Shown piece by piece: positions 1-12,500 of a stretch of 64,000 bases of DNA. The stretch is from Chromera velia (Eukaryota). The notes beneath the pieces are model-generated. The model saw only the letters and a list, made by a program, of their open reading frames with translations. It had not been told where the DNA came from and did no database searches. The DNA is taken from positions 62,001 to 126,000 of the forward strand of contig JAHBMJ010000321.1 of assembly GCA_018398765.1 (NCBI GenBank), read 5' to 3'. Within the stretch, counting starts at the first letter, position 1, and the number at the start of each line of letters is the position of its first letter. A program made the position numbers and the translations under genes.

Positions 1-139
1 TGCTTTTGTCACTCTCCCATCTCTCGCTTCCTTTTGTTTGTTTTCTTTAATTTAATGTATGCATATGCATGTTGGCCTGATAACTGGAATTTGTTGAGAA
101 TCGTACCCGTCCCAAAAGGTCCCCCTTCACCACAGCCGA

Positions 140-2181
140 ATGACTAGCGTCCAGTCCATGTCGTTAGCCCCCTTGCAAAGCTCTTTGGTCTCCTTATGGA
201 TGATCGAATCCGTCAGTAAGCTCGTTTTAACGACAGACAGATCGGGTTTAGATGGGCACAAGAGAGGGGATCGCCGATTCGGAGCAGTAGTAGGCTTGGT
301 ACAGGAATGCAGAAGAGGCAAGAAGGGGCTCCTGGGCAGATTTGTCGACTTCTCAAAGACGTTTGACTCCATCCCTCGGCTGAAGCTTCTGGCAAAGCTG
401 CAGGCTGAAGGAATAGAGAAGAGAGATCTGTTGATGATTGCATCAATGTATAGAGGCATGAAAGCGAGAGTCGATGGGGACTCGGTTCTATTCCCGGAGG
501 GAGCAGGGGTTAAACAAGGTGATACGTTGTCCCCGTCGCTTTTTCTATTATTCATTAATGACCTGCATGATGAGATTCAGAAAGGAAAACGGGGAGATGG
601 AAAGGAAACGGAGGGAGTTCACCTTGCTGGGGCTAGTTTGGGAAGTATAGGCTACGTTGATGATCTTGTCTTGTTTGCACACTCAGCAACCAACCTTCAA
701 GCAAAATTTGATGCCCTGGAGGGGTATTACGGAAAGTGGGGGTTGAATATCAATCTGAAGAAAACCAAGGTCCTGCGCCTTTGTGAATACCGCAAGGACT
801 GTAACGGCATGATTTTGTACCAAAGGAAGGAAGTAGACTGGTGTGATCAGTACAAATATTTGGGTTGCCTTCTGTTTGAGGGAGGGGATTTGACTTGGTC
901 GATTGAAGCACGCCTACGCAGTGCAGAGCGTACAATTGGGGCGGTGACTGGTCTGGCTGCGAGTCTGTCTGGGTTGCCTCTCGGGGGAAAGATGCAGCTG
1001 CTGAAGGTGTGCTGGGAGCCGGTAGCACTCTATAGCCTAGAGTGCTTTCCGATAAGACAGGGAGACTGGGAGGCGATTGACAACTTACGGCTCCGGTTTG
1101 TTCGATGGGCGGCCCAACTTCCGGTCAGGAGTTTGCGTGTACCCTCTCTTTTGTCTATTAATTTAATGTCTGCTCGCGCGCTCTTGTGTGCTCGTTTTGC
1201 TTCATTCTGGATTGCACTTAGCCGTTCGTATCTCCGTATTCCTCAGGCTTTTTTGAATTCATGGAAGGGACCTGGCGGGTGCCAGCGGGGTAGAAGCAAA
1301 GAAGAGCCGTCAATGGTCTGTTCAGATGGGCAGGCTTTAACTTTTTGACGTCTCTCCCTGTCCGGAGCTCAGAAAAACGGGCCCCAAAGGGGAATTTGTT
1401 TGTTTCTACCAAAATTGAGGATGCCTGGGGAATGGAATGCATGAAAAGGGGAGACAAGGAAGAAAGGGGCAACTTCCTCCTGTCTGCTTCTTTATCAGGA
1501 CTACAGAGAGCTCTTCCGTCTTCTTCACGTTCTTTTCTATTTCTTTTGTCTTCAAAGAATGACCCTAAGGTACGGATGTCCTGTTTGCTGAGAAGTGCCT
1601 TATGTGAGAAGATTGAGCCACTCCTAGGGGCATTGACAGTAAATCGGAAGGGTCTGACGGGGGGGGCCAACTCTCCGGGAGAGGTGTTTTGTCTGGCAGA
1701 GGGTTGTTCAAATGAAAGAAAAATTGATGATCTCTGGCACCGGCTTTCAGTATGCTCTAATTAGGTAGAAGCAAGAAATAAACTAAACAAAGTGATAGAG
1801 GGAAAGAAAGTGAAGCAAAGGATTCAGAGAGAAGGAATTGAGGGATCGGATACAGCCGAAACAGAAGCGAGGAAGATGCTGCTTTTGGCTTTACAAGTCG
1901 ATCCGTATGAAGCATACAGAGCCGTTTGCCATCTTTGTTACTCACTGTGCACGCCTGTTTCTGTGTGAACGCGACCTTTTCTTCTTCTGTTCGAGTCTTC
2001 TATTGCCACCTCCAACGCGCATGCTGCTCGTGAGCTCACCAAGCGAGCACTTCAGGGGATTTCGCGCTTAGCCTTATCTCTAGAGTTGAGTGATTGACGA
2101 TCTCTGGCATGACCATGGGCTGCTGGGAGCACGGCTCCACTCTAGCAAAACCAACTTCATTCATTCATTCATTCATTCATT
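140..2181 (+). mobile_element. 5'-truncated, degenerate non-LTR retrotransposon (LINE) with RT domain, C-terminal CCHC-like knuckle and (TTCA)n tail
   Basis: ORF 140-1348 has RT motifs FVDFSKTFDSI, GVKQGDTLSPSLFLLFINDL, YVDDLVLF and YKYLG. The disrupted continuation 1345-1764 ends CLAEGC...DDLWHRLSVC. (TTCA)n runs 2156-2181. Confidence 0.9.
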
Positions 2182-2842
2182 TAAAGATACACTAGTAACG
2201 CTAGCTGTGATAACTGGTGTGTACGTATATCTAAGTCTATATATAAGGGTAACGGCTCTAAAATAGTAACGGGACGGCCGTTACTACGTAGTACGGGTTT
2301 TTAGTACTTGCATGCTAAGCTTTGCTAGCCTAGCTGTTAACCTAGCTGCATGAAGCTTCTATGGTGAAGCTTTAGAAATGGTCGATAAAGCCCAAATTGT
2401 TGAAGTATTGTTCACCAATGAAACATCGAATCCATATTGAGCACTGTACCGACTATAGCTAGCACACCGATCAAAAAAAGGCTTTAAAAAGCACTCCACT
2501 TCGACTTTCTGCTCAAACTTGAAGAATCCGCGCGGGCCATTGCTACTAAGGGCCATTGCCAGGGCGATTTTTCCTTCTGCATCAATGCCTCCTTCGAGAG
2601 GAAGATCAAACTTGCACGCTTTGAACCATCAAATCAACTCATCGACTTTTCACATGCGGACGTACAAACTGACGGCACGAGGTGTCAGAACGGAAGCCAA
2701 TATCGATGCTCACTGAGAAAACAAGGAAAACAAAGCAAGAACATATCGTACAACAAACTTGACAAAAACCTGCACATCTCTTTACAGGCAGCCCTACTCC
2801 AACTCTCTCTCGGGCTTTGTTCTTTTGTTTCTCCAGCGCATT

Positions 2843-3527
2843 CTATCGTGCAGTTACGGTACTTCTTTCTTCTAGTTTCTCCCGCTTTTGTCCCACCAAC
2901 CCACTACTGAGACCCCTTTCCCTTGCAATCATACTCTTCATGAAAAATTCTCCTGCCTTGTAAGAAGAGCGGATGAGGGGGCCCGAGGCCATGTACTTGA
3001 ACCCCATTGCCATCCCGACGTCTTCGTACTTCTTGAACTGCTCAGGCGTCACGTACTCAACCACCGCCAGGTGATGGTCTGTTGGCCTCAGGTACTGGCC
3101 TGCATGCACACAGACAGACAGACAGACAGACGCACACATGCTTGCTTCATCTCGGTGAATGAGGAGCGCGAGCGAAGGAGGGAATCTACAGTCGAAAGGA
3201 AGAAGAGGGCGCCAGGTAAGACGAACGGAAGAAAGAGAGGTTAGGAGAAAAAAAGGATGGCGGCAGAGAAGGATAAAAAAAGGAAAGGACAGAAAGGCAG
3301 CCCGCACACCATCTCACCAACACTCCCCCCACGCCCCTGATCGACCCACAGCCAGCCCCAGACGAACCAACCGACCGAGTGTGAGGACGTCGCAGTCGAT
3401 GCTTCGAAGGTCCTCCATACATCTGATCACCTCCTCCTCTGTCTCCCCCAGCCCCAGCATCAACGACGTTTTTGTATACACATCAGGATTGGCTTCCTTC
3501 GCATACGCAAGAACGTCCATCGACTGT

Positions 3528-3611
<84 letters not shown>

Positions 3612-3612
3612 G

Positions 3613-3649
<37 letters not shown>

Positions 3650-5459
3650 AAGGACGGGTAGACGACCTTCAACCATTGTTAGAACGAAAACGGAATGAAA
3701 CTCTGATCCCTCTCCCTGCCTCTGTGCTGGTCCCTCTTTTTCTTTTCAGTCGGAGGGAGAAGGGAAAAGGGAACTTCACCCTCTCTCCCTTTGCCATTCT
3801 CCCTCCCTCCCTCCCTCCCTCCACGTCTTCTTCCTGACAGACAGACTGACTGACTTGTAGTTGGCCCTTCTATCCCTCACGTGTCTCTGGAGTCTCTCCA
3901 CCGTCTCCACATTGTGGGCATACACGTCCAGCCCCGACCTGGACAGACGGCTGACGGCCTGCACAGATCCGTCGGTCCGATTGTTTGTGTCAAGAGAGGG
4001 AGGGAGGGAGGGAGACGGGAAGGAAGCGAGAAAGTGAATTAAAGAGATGATGGGAATTTTTTGAGAGAGGTCGAAGGGGAGGAGAACGGTCAGGGCAGGA
4101 TGATCCCGTCTGCTCTCTTCCTCTCTGTCTCTCTCACACACACAGGTATGTGCACGTTTGCATGAAGAGAGAAACCGACAAACAAAACGAGTTTTTTTTT
4201 TTTCTTTCCTTCTGTCTCCTGTCAAACAAGAAAACATACGGATCATAAAAAAAAACACAAACATTCTGGCAGCGCGGAAGAGGCCCCGAAAGAAACAGAC
4301 TTAAGAGCCTCTTGCGTCTTCTCCTCGTGATCGGTTGAAGTCACACGCTCCTCTCCACTTCCACCAGAAGACAAGAAAGAGAAAAGATGATACAATCCAT
4401 CCACAAAGAAAACAATCCATATGACAAACGATAAACGAGAAACAGACGTACAGGCACCGCACCGTCAGTCAATTCAGAGATCGAGAGGTGCTGCATGGAC
4501 GAGGCATTTGTGACACACTATATACGATTTTTTATTTTTCCTTTTCCTTTTTTTTTTGCTGCAAGCAGACAGAGACACAGACAGAAAAGGAAAGAGAAAG
4601 AGAGGACGCGTTCCTCTCTGTCGCTCTGTCTCTTTCTTTCCTTGCTTTTCTTTCCCTTCCTTGGCTGCCTCGTCGATGCATGGACTGACTGACTGACTGA
4701 CTGACTGACTGACTGACCGGCTTGTTTCCCTGAAAGTCCGAAACCAGGCACTCCACCAACACCTCGGGCTTGATGGCTTTCAGATACTCCACTGTCTTTG
4801 CGAAGTGGTCTGCTCCTCCGTCCTCCATGTCATCTCTGCAGGGACACAGAGAGAGAGGGATTTAATAGAAAGAAAGGAGACAAATGACAAACACACACAT
4901 GTCATTTCTTTCTGCGAATATCAGCAGATTTTGTCTTGGTGCGCCCCGCAGAAACAAATCAGCAGGATACGCAGAGAATAGAGAAATGCCCCGAATCAGA
5001 CATGATGCATAGAGACGTCCCAGGCCAGTACCCTCTCTGTTCTCCCCAAAAATGACTTTTGACGAAAGAGCATACACAACACTCACATTTTGCAATTACA
5101 ACCTATCCAAGCAGGTCACAGGGCAGAACATCCCCGTAAACCAGTGCGATTCTGCGGAACAGCCACGCTCATCCATTCAAAAGAGGAGAAGACGCTAACC
5201 GAGCTAACCGACCTGTCCACAGATGTCATGACGATGTAGTCCACCCCCCACCTAGCGATTTCGCATGCTGTGTTGAAGGGCTCCTCTGGGTCTGCAGGGG
5301 GGGGCTTGGAGTCTGTCTTGATCGCGCAGAACCTGCAGCCTCTGGTGCACGTGTCTCCCAAGAGCATGATCGTGGCAGTCCCGCCGTTCCAGCACTCCCC
5401 TATGTTCGGACACTGGGCCTCCTCACAGACCTGCAATCAATCAATCAATCAATCAATCA

Positions 5460-5491
<32 letters not shown>

Positions 5492-6361
5492 GTGCGTGTG
5501 ATCAAGATCATTCCTTCAAGAGACCAACAGACATCTGGTGGAGTACTTTCCCCTGACTGTTTTCCTTTCTTCAAAGTCTCGCAGTGACAGGGCGCGTTTG
5601 TGTGCACGGGTGCGAATCTGTCGGAAGGTGGGGGGCATACGCGAAAAGAAAACGAGAGACATCACGAGAGAGACGAGCCTGGCGACGGGGAGGACGGATG
5701 AAGTTGAGCGTCTGTCTGCTGGTGCGCTCTCTGTGCCTTGGTCCACCCAGATGTATGGGCGTTTCGTGAATTCCCTGGCTGACTGGCTGACTGACTGTAT
5801 GTAGGTTGAGGTCCCTGAGTCCACTTTGCAGTTCCCTGAACTTCGTCTTGTCCCCTCCTGGTGCGGGCACACGGAACCAGTCCGGTCTCTGTGCAGGCAT
5901 GTCCGCTCCCACTCTGGGGACACGGAGAGGGGCGTCTGAGGTCGTAGGGGAGCTGGAGGAGATGTCGAGCGTCAAAGTCTCGACATCGTCTGCACGAGTC
6001 GAAGGGGGGAGGACGGGGGGGTAGGTGCGAAGGTTCAGAATAGTGGGAACGACGTGGCAACTGCTGAAAAGCAGAAAGGGTAGAGAACGGAGAACAGCAG
6101 ACAGCAGAGATATAACGAGACAAAGGGAGAGAAGGAAAAGGAAGCCAGGGAAACTGACTTACCAGATGCACCAGCAGGAAGAGCGGTGCTTTGACCTCTC
6201 AGACTTCCCAAAAGACCTCCTCTGCTTTGTCCTGGTCTCCCAGTGACTTGCCTTCTTCTGCTTGGCCTGCGGGGCTGTGCAGGAAGGGGGTTTCGGGAGG
6301 GGGGGAAAGTGAAGGCAGAAGACCCCCCGATGCACAAAACAAAGCAAGAGAGGTACATCAT
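2843..6361 (-). CDS. lipA: Lipoyl synthase (radical SAM), 7 exons, probable plastid-targeting bipartite leader
   Basis: Exons 6361-6163, 5989-5796, 5430-5213, 4835-4718, 3958-3855, 3527-3376 and 3099-2843 join in frame via GT-AG. Motifs: [37 protein letters not shown]-terminus [19 protein letters not shown] is followed by a basic segment. Confidence 0.95.
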
Positions 6362-6384
6362 CGTCTCTGACAACACCTTATTGA

Positions 6385-6424
<40 letters not shown>

Positions 6425-7036
6425 CAAGGAGAGAGGCAGAACAGAACTTCGCAACTTTGGCTACGGTCTCTGTTGCAGAGAAAAGGTAAGCTCTTTCCTT
6501 CTTGTCGACCCGATTGAACTGAAACTACAGAGGAAGTCCGACATGCAGCAGTTAGCCTGAGAGCCTCTCTCTCTCGTGCTTTGAAGAGAGTTTCGATCAT
6601 CGCGTACGTTGGGTGTCAGACTGATTTGCGTCTCGTCGCCCGCGGTCATATACGTGCCCCCCAAGAAGTTGTGAGTGCGAACTGAACCGATACGAGTGCA
6701 GCAATATGGAAGCAAATTGGAAGCAATGAAGATTTGCTGTTGAATCTGAGGATTCTGCCATGCAGACTTGAAGAGTTTCAATGCGTACGCACACATACAC
6801 GGAAGAGAACGCTGTGGTACCGAGTCAGCTTCAATAGCCCTTAGATAGAAGATCACGGACGAACACATGTTCCCTCCAGTTGTTTTCCCTTGCCATGGTT
6901 GCGCCTAACTTGCAAACCCGGCTACTGTTGTTCGGCCTCCACGACTGACACACTTGGTTGCCACTGTGCCTTACGGTTTTGTTCGTTTTTCGTTGCTGAG
7001 GAGGGCAGCCTTGTTGCTGCCCCTTTCCCATAAAGC

Positions 7037-8494
7037 ATGATAGGCAATACTTCCCTGTCACGCAACAACACAGCGTTGGGCCAATTGGGGGTCCCCAATG
7101 ACCTCCTCTTGGTTGTCAACGCCAACGGGACTATTGTCTCCACACAAAATGTGACCCTGCTGAACACCACTACGAGCACTACACCAGCAGTGGAGAAAAC
7201 AGAGGCTCAAGAAGAGTTTGAGAACATGAAGTCGGGCGAGAAGGAGGCGTTGATGAGCACGGGAATCTTTATGTTGCTCATCATCCTCATCATCTGTCTC
7301 TTCGGGGCTCAAATGCTGAAGCGGTTCAACATACGAATCATTCAGCTACCGGTGCTTGCCACTCTAATTGGCATGTTCATCGGTTTTATCCTTCGAGTGG
7401 TGCTCGGCTGGTCTACCATTCTCGAAAATATTCTGGCGTTCAACCAGGATCTCTTCTTTATCCTCCTACTCCCTCCTATTATCTTTGAGAGTGGATTTAG
7501 CATGGAGGGGAAGAAGTCGGCGCTGTTCTTCAAGAACTTCGGTGCCATCCTGTGGTACGCATTCTTTGCCACTTTCACGTCCTTCGTGTTTGTGGGTTGC
7601 ACAATGTTCCTGGCAGGCATCGTGAGGATTTGCGTTCCTCTGACGCTTCAGCAAGCCTTCGCCTTTGGGGCTCTGATTTCGTCCACCGACCCCGTGAGCG
7701 TGTTAGCGATATTTAAAGAGATGCGCGCAGACCCCACGCTGGACGTTCTCGTTGCTGGGGAGAGTCTGCTTAACGACGCGATCGCGATCGTACTGTACAA
7801 GGCCATCATAGAGCCCCAAAATAAGGACATCTGGATGTATGCGTTCTCGTTCGTGCTCTGCTTCATCATGTCGTTCGTCGTAGGGGCTGTGGTGGCCTTT
7901 GCCTCTGCTTTCATCTTCAAGCACATGGAGCTGCACACACAGGTCGGTCACTTGCACTGCAGGTCTGTTTTTCTTTTCTGGAGGAGAAATTCGGGTCGAT
8001 GATACGCAAAGGGGCCCTACGGGATTTATTGAGTGTTTCGGCTGGATGTTCTTGCACTTTCAGTCATATGACAGCGCATGAGCAGCGTGTTAACTGAACA
8101 TGAGAGAAGTCTGTACTAGGTGTCTCCCGAATCAGTGAGGTTGCTATCAGGCTCTTTCTTTGATCATTTCTCTATCTTCCTCTCGCTGTGTGTGCGTGAG
8201 TGCGTGCGTGCATGTGTGTATGTCTGTGTGTGTTTGTGTGGGTGTGGTCTTGGCGCTGTCGTAGTTGGCGGGTGATCCCTGGAAATAGTTGCTTCACTCC
8301 TCTGTGTGCGTAGTGGTGACTCCTTGTGTATTCCCGTTGGTGAAAGCAGCACCTCGACTGTGTGTGTGTGTTTGTGGGTGTGGTCTTGGCGCTGTCGTAG
8401 TTGGCGGGTGATCCCTGGAAATAGTTGCTGCACTCCTCTGTGTGTGTAGTAGTGACTTCTTGTGTATCCCCGTTGGTGAAAGCAGCACCTCGAC

Positions 8495-8525
<31 letters not shown>

Positions 8526-8647
8526 GGGTGTGGTCTTGGCGCTGTCGTAGTTGGCAGGTGATCCCTGGAAATAGTTGCTTCACTCCTCTGTGTGTGTAGT
8601 GGTGACTCCTTGTGTATCCCCGTTGGTGAAAGCAGCACCTCGACTGT

Positions 8648-8684
<37 letters not shown>

Positions 8685-8874
8685 TGGTCTTGGCGCTGTC
8701 GTAGTTGGCGGGTGATCCCTGGAAATAGTTGCTTCACTCCTCTGTGTGTGTAGTGGTGACTCCTTGTGTATCCCCGTTGGTGAAAGCAGCACCTCGACTG
8801 TCTNNNNNNNNNNNNNNNNNNNNNNNNNNNNNNNNNNNNNNNNNNNNNNNNNNNNNNNNNNNNNNNGTGTGCGT

Positions 8875-8905
<31 letters not shown>

Positions 8906-11319
8906 CGCGCGCGCGCGCTCATGTGTGTCTCCATGAATGTTTCCTTTTTGCCCCCCCTCCCCCCCCCCTGTGTGTGCAGGAAAACCAGGTCCTGGAAGCT
9001 GCGCTGATTGTGATCGTTCCCTGGGTTGCGTACATGGCCGGGGATGGTTTGGGTTACTCCGGTGTTGTCTCCATTCTCTTCTGTGGGATGTTGATGGCCC
9101 TGTACACGTACCCGAATCTTTCCACTGAAGGGAAAATCGTCGCACACTCAGTCTTCTCCTCCCTTGCGTTCCTCGCAGAGACCATCGTCTTCGTCTTCCT
9201 CGGTCAGGTTGGGGAACCGGAGAGGGGGGGGGCTATGGGGCCGGCATGTCATTCGTACGTTTTTTTTCTTTCCTTCGGGTGTGAGTGGACACAGTGCTTG
9301 GACGTGCTTTAATTGCCTGTCGCAGGCTTCTTCAGGATGAAAGAAAAGGAGAACGAGCAAGAAGAGAGCAGCTGGCCAAGTGAAGGATCGAAGTGAATGC
9401 ACGAGAGAAGAGATGATCAGGCGAAGAAGACGTGGGCAGAAAGGAATGTGTATGCATAGAGAGGAGGAAGGGAAGGAGACTACCGATTCAGTAGAAAGGC
9501 GGGAAAGCAAGAGTAAAAAAAAGTGGAAGGGAAAACAAGAAAGATGAGCAAATGAAGAGCTGAATCAGTTCGTGTCTTCCCACCTCCCTCTCTCCTGGCC
9601 TTCATGAGTTATCCATCCCTCTTTGCACGTTTGCAGGACTTGCAATTTTTTCGTTCAACCAGCAGTGGGAGCGGTTGGGTTTGCTCCTCTGCACTTTGAT
9701 TTTTGTGTCCACCTCCCGAGTTCTGTCTGTCTACTCGACCAGCTGGATCGTCAACATTTTCAGGTTGGTCAGTCTAGTTTTCTCAATTGTGATCTTATTA
9801 ACAGAATGGGAGGACACGTCGGGCTTGGATGGGTTGGTGCCGTCAGATGCCCATAATTGAGATCGCTTTTTTTAAAGCAATGGTGGGAGAGAGTGAGTGC
9901 GTGTCCGAATGGCTTGGTCTTGCGACAAGACTTTTTGACAACCCGGGTGAACGTACTCGTCCTTCTGGCAGTTGACCAAGAAAGTGTGATATTTTGCTCT
10001 ATTGTTTCTCTTCTGCCTTTCAGTCTTTCTCTTTCGTTCCTGAGAGCGCGGTCTTTTTGACTGTGTCTCAAGTGTGCTTCAATAGCGTTCCTCTACCTCT
10101 ACAGCTCTGCTCATCGATCTGTGTATGCATGCGTGTTTGTGTGCATTTGTGCAGAAGCGAAAAGATCTCTCCTAACTTCCAACACACGATGATTCTGTCG
10201 GGGCTGCGTGGCGCCATCGCCTTCGCTCTTTCGCTCCGAGCGCGTGCGGATTTCGGGGGTGAGGCGGGGAGTGCAATTCTGACAGCAACACTTTTCTACG
10301 CTCTGTTTACCATTCTGATTGTCGGAACGAGTCTGGTTCCACTGTTAGACCATCTGGACGTGAAGGTCAACGACAGCGGGGGGGATCACAGTTATGGTTT
10401 GGTTGTCAGGGGTCGTCGTCAAAGTTTAGAAATGGAAAACCTGATTTCCTCCGGCAATTGCGGGTGTCTGAAGAGAATCCTCATGAGATTCCATGCGTCC
10501 TACCTGCGTCCCACCTTCACCCATGTCAAGAGACGGTCTGATGACTCGCACAGTTGCGACGGGTCACCAACAGAGACAGACAACGGGACTGACGAGAACG
10601 GAATTCGGCATTTGATGAAAAAGGCAGCAGAGAGAAAGGCAGAGAGACAGATGTCGGGAGATTTGGAGTTACACGCAGGGGGTGTGTTTGGAGATTCTCC
10701 TTTGAAGTTTGGCTCAGACGATGATGAAGACAGGGCCACAGAGATGGCTCATGCAGCTGCTTTTGCTGCAGCGGGGGGAGGGGGGAGTCCTCACGCGGAT
10801 GCGTATGGTCGTCGGAGATCTCCGGATGACCTATTTAACCCTCACGCACCCCCCTCGAACGGGTATGCGCTCCACCCCTTGCCTGTCGTGTCGAGTATCG
10901 GCAAGCCTGCCGGTAGTAACGCGATGCCGGACTTCCCAGGCTCTGCGTCGGCGAGAAGTGGGGGGGGAGCCAGAGGGCTGGGAGGAGAGCCCCTGTACGA
11001 GCTTGAAGTGGAAGACTCTGAGTCTCCGGGGCTCTTTCCATCGGCCGCGTCGCGGTCGGACCCCGTGCCACGAGGAAGCCCCCTCCCTTCGCCCTTATCA
11101 GGCGATGATGCCTCAAAGGAGGGGCAGGCAGTGGGAGAAGTCAACAGGGGAGGGGGGGGGGGTGATCAACTCCCGTCTGTGGAGCTGATGAATTCCCCAG
11201 ATCATGGGACGCGGTCTCAGCAGTTGAACGTGTTTGCAGAAGCTGCAGGTGAGGGGGGAAAGTCAGAGAACGGAAAAGGGGCAGAAGGGGGGGGATCGGA
11301 AGATGCGGAAGGACTTTAA
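7037..11319 (+). CDS. Na+/H+ exchanger (CPA1; NHX/NHE8-like), 4 exons
   Basis: Exons 7037-7942, 8980-9202, 9637-9763, 10155-11319. Motifs LLPPIIFESG, FGALISSTDPVSVLAIF, GESLLNDAIAIV, GLRGAIAFAL. Long hydrophilic C-terminal tail. Confidence 0.93.
8240..8803. repeat. Composite intronic minisatellite: at least four ~120-bp near-identical units separated by TG-rich tracts of variable length
   Basis: Units GGGTGTGGTCTTGGCGCTGTCG...GCAGCACCTCGACTG start at ~8240, 8376, 8526 and 8680. The array runs into an N-gap at 8804. Confidence 0.95.
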
Positions 11320-11688
11320 AGTCGTCCGAGTCTAACATTACTTATTTTCGTTTGAGCAAAGGAATCGAACGTTCTATATTCCAAAGTCGGTGATAAAAAC
11401 TTGCATAAAAGCTATGACCAAAAAATAAAAAGTTTGGAAGCGGAATTGAATAGAATTTTTATTTCCAGGTCTAGTGTCAGGTTCAACATTCTTCCTAGCA
11501 TTCTTCCTAGAGTTCTCTATACGATTCTATCATTTAAAAAATTATTTAGAATAATTGAAAAAGTATGTTATATATACTATATTTAAAAATTGATTGATTG
11601 ATTCTTGGATTGATTGATTAGTTCCACGCTACTACTACATGACTAGGCCTTCCCATAAAATTGAACTATTGAAAAGATATAGTAACTA

Positions 11689-11900
11689 GGCGCCGGCTAG
11701 AGAAAAAAAAAAGATCTCCCTAGATCGTCTACTTTTTTTTTTTTTTAGTCAAACAACTGTTGTTCAACTGTTGCACAAGTGTTGTTTGTGTGTTGCACAA
11801 CTGTTGTTAAGTGTTGTTCAGGGTTAAAAAGTAAAAAAGAAAAAAAAAAAGAAGATCTCCCGAGATCGTCTACTTTTTTTTTTTTTCTCTAGCCGGCGCG
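11689..11900. mobile_element. MITE with terminal inverted repeats flanked by TA
   Basis: TA-GGCGCCGGCTAGAGAAAAAAA ... TTTTTTTCTCTAGCCGGCGCG-TA. AGATCTCCCnAGATCGTCTACTTT is duplicated internally. Confidence 0.75.
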
Positions 11901-12180
11901 TAGTATAGTGACTATATATATGTATCATAGATTATTTAATTAAGTTCTTTAGAGATCGAGACATTAAATTGCTTTAACTAGCACTGAAGCTAGGATAGGA
12001 TCTAGGATAGGATAGGATAGGATTTATCTTTCGGGTTATCCCGTAGTCCACTGCCGGGCCTCGACTTACACCATTGAGAGGCTAGTTGAGAGGGCGCTCT
12101 AGAGGCAAATACCTCGAAAACCTGTAGGCTGCCAGTGCAGCATGCAGATCGAGCGTTATAGGCTAACTTCTTATGCTTAG

Positions 12181-12500
12181 GATCGAAGTCCTTTTATTTC
12201 TGACAATGCCAACACCCTCTTTGAACCAATGAAAAAAACCAGGTTGATCGAACCATTGGAGTTAAATTAAAGTAAACTAAGCAGGAAGGACTCAACCGTC
12301 GTCGACACGTTTGCTGGGACAGCATCAATCGGAATTCACAACTTTTCAACTTTCAATGATTGAAAGAGAGAACGACTGCATACAAGCGATTGATTGTATA
12401 TTTTTTTTTTTTTCCTTTAGGGATTTCATTAAAATTTAAAAGTGGATGCACAGCAGTGGACAAGGGAGAGAATGGGAGAGACTCAAAGCATATAAAAGCT
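12181..12500 (+). pseudogene. Possible degraded amino-(N6A/N4C) DNA methyltransferase C-terminal fragment
   Basis: The frame from 12181 reads ...EPMKKTRLIEPLELN*SKLSRKDSTVVDTFAGTASIGI, resembling the SAM-binding motif S..GD.VLDPFxGSGT. It is interrupted by stops. Confidence 0.35.

Noticed and set aside
8240..8803. CRISPR-like repeat/spacer array
   Set aside because: Repeats are ~120 bp, spacers are TG microsatellites rather than unique sequences, there are no cas genes, and it lies in a eukaryotic intron.
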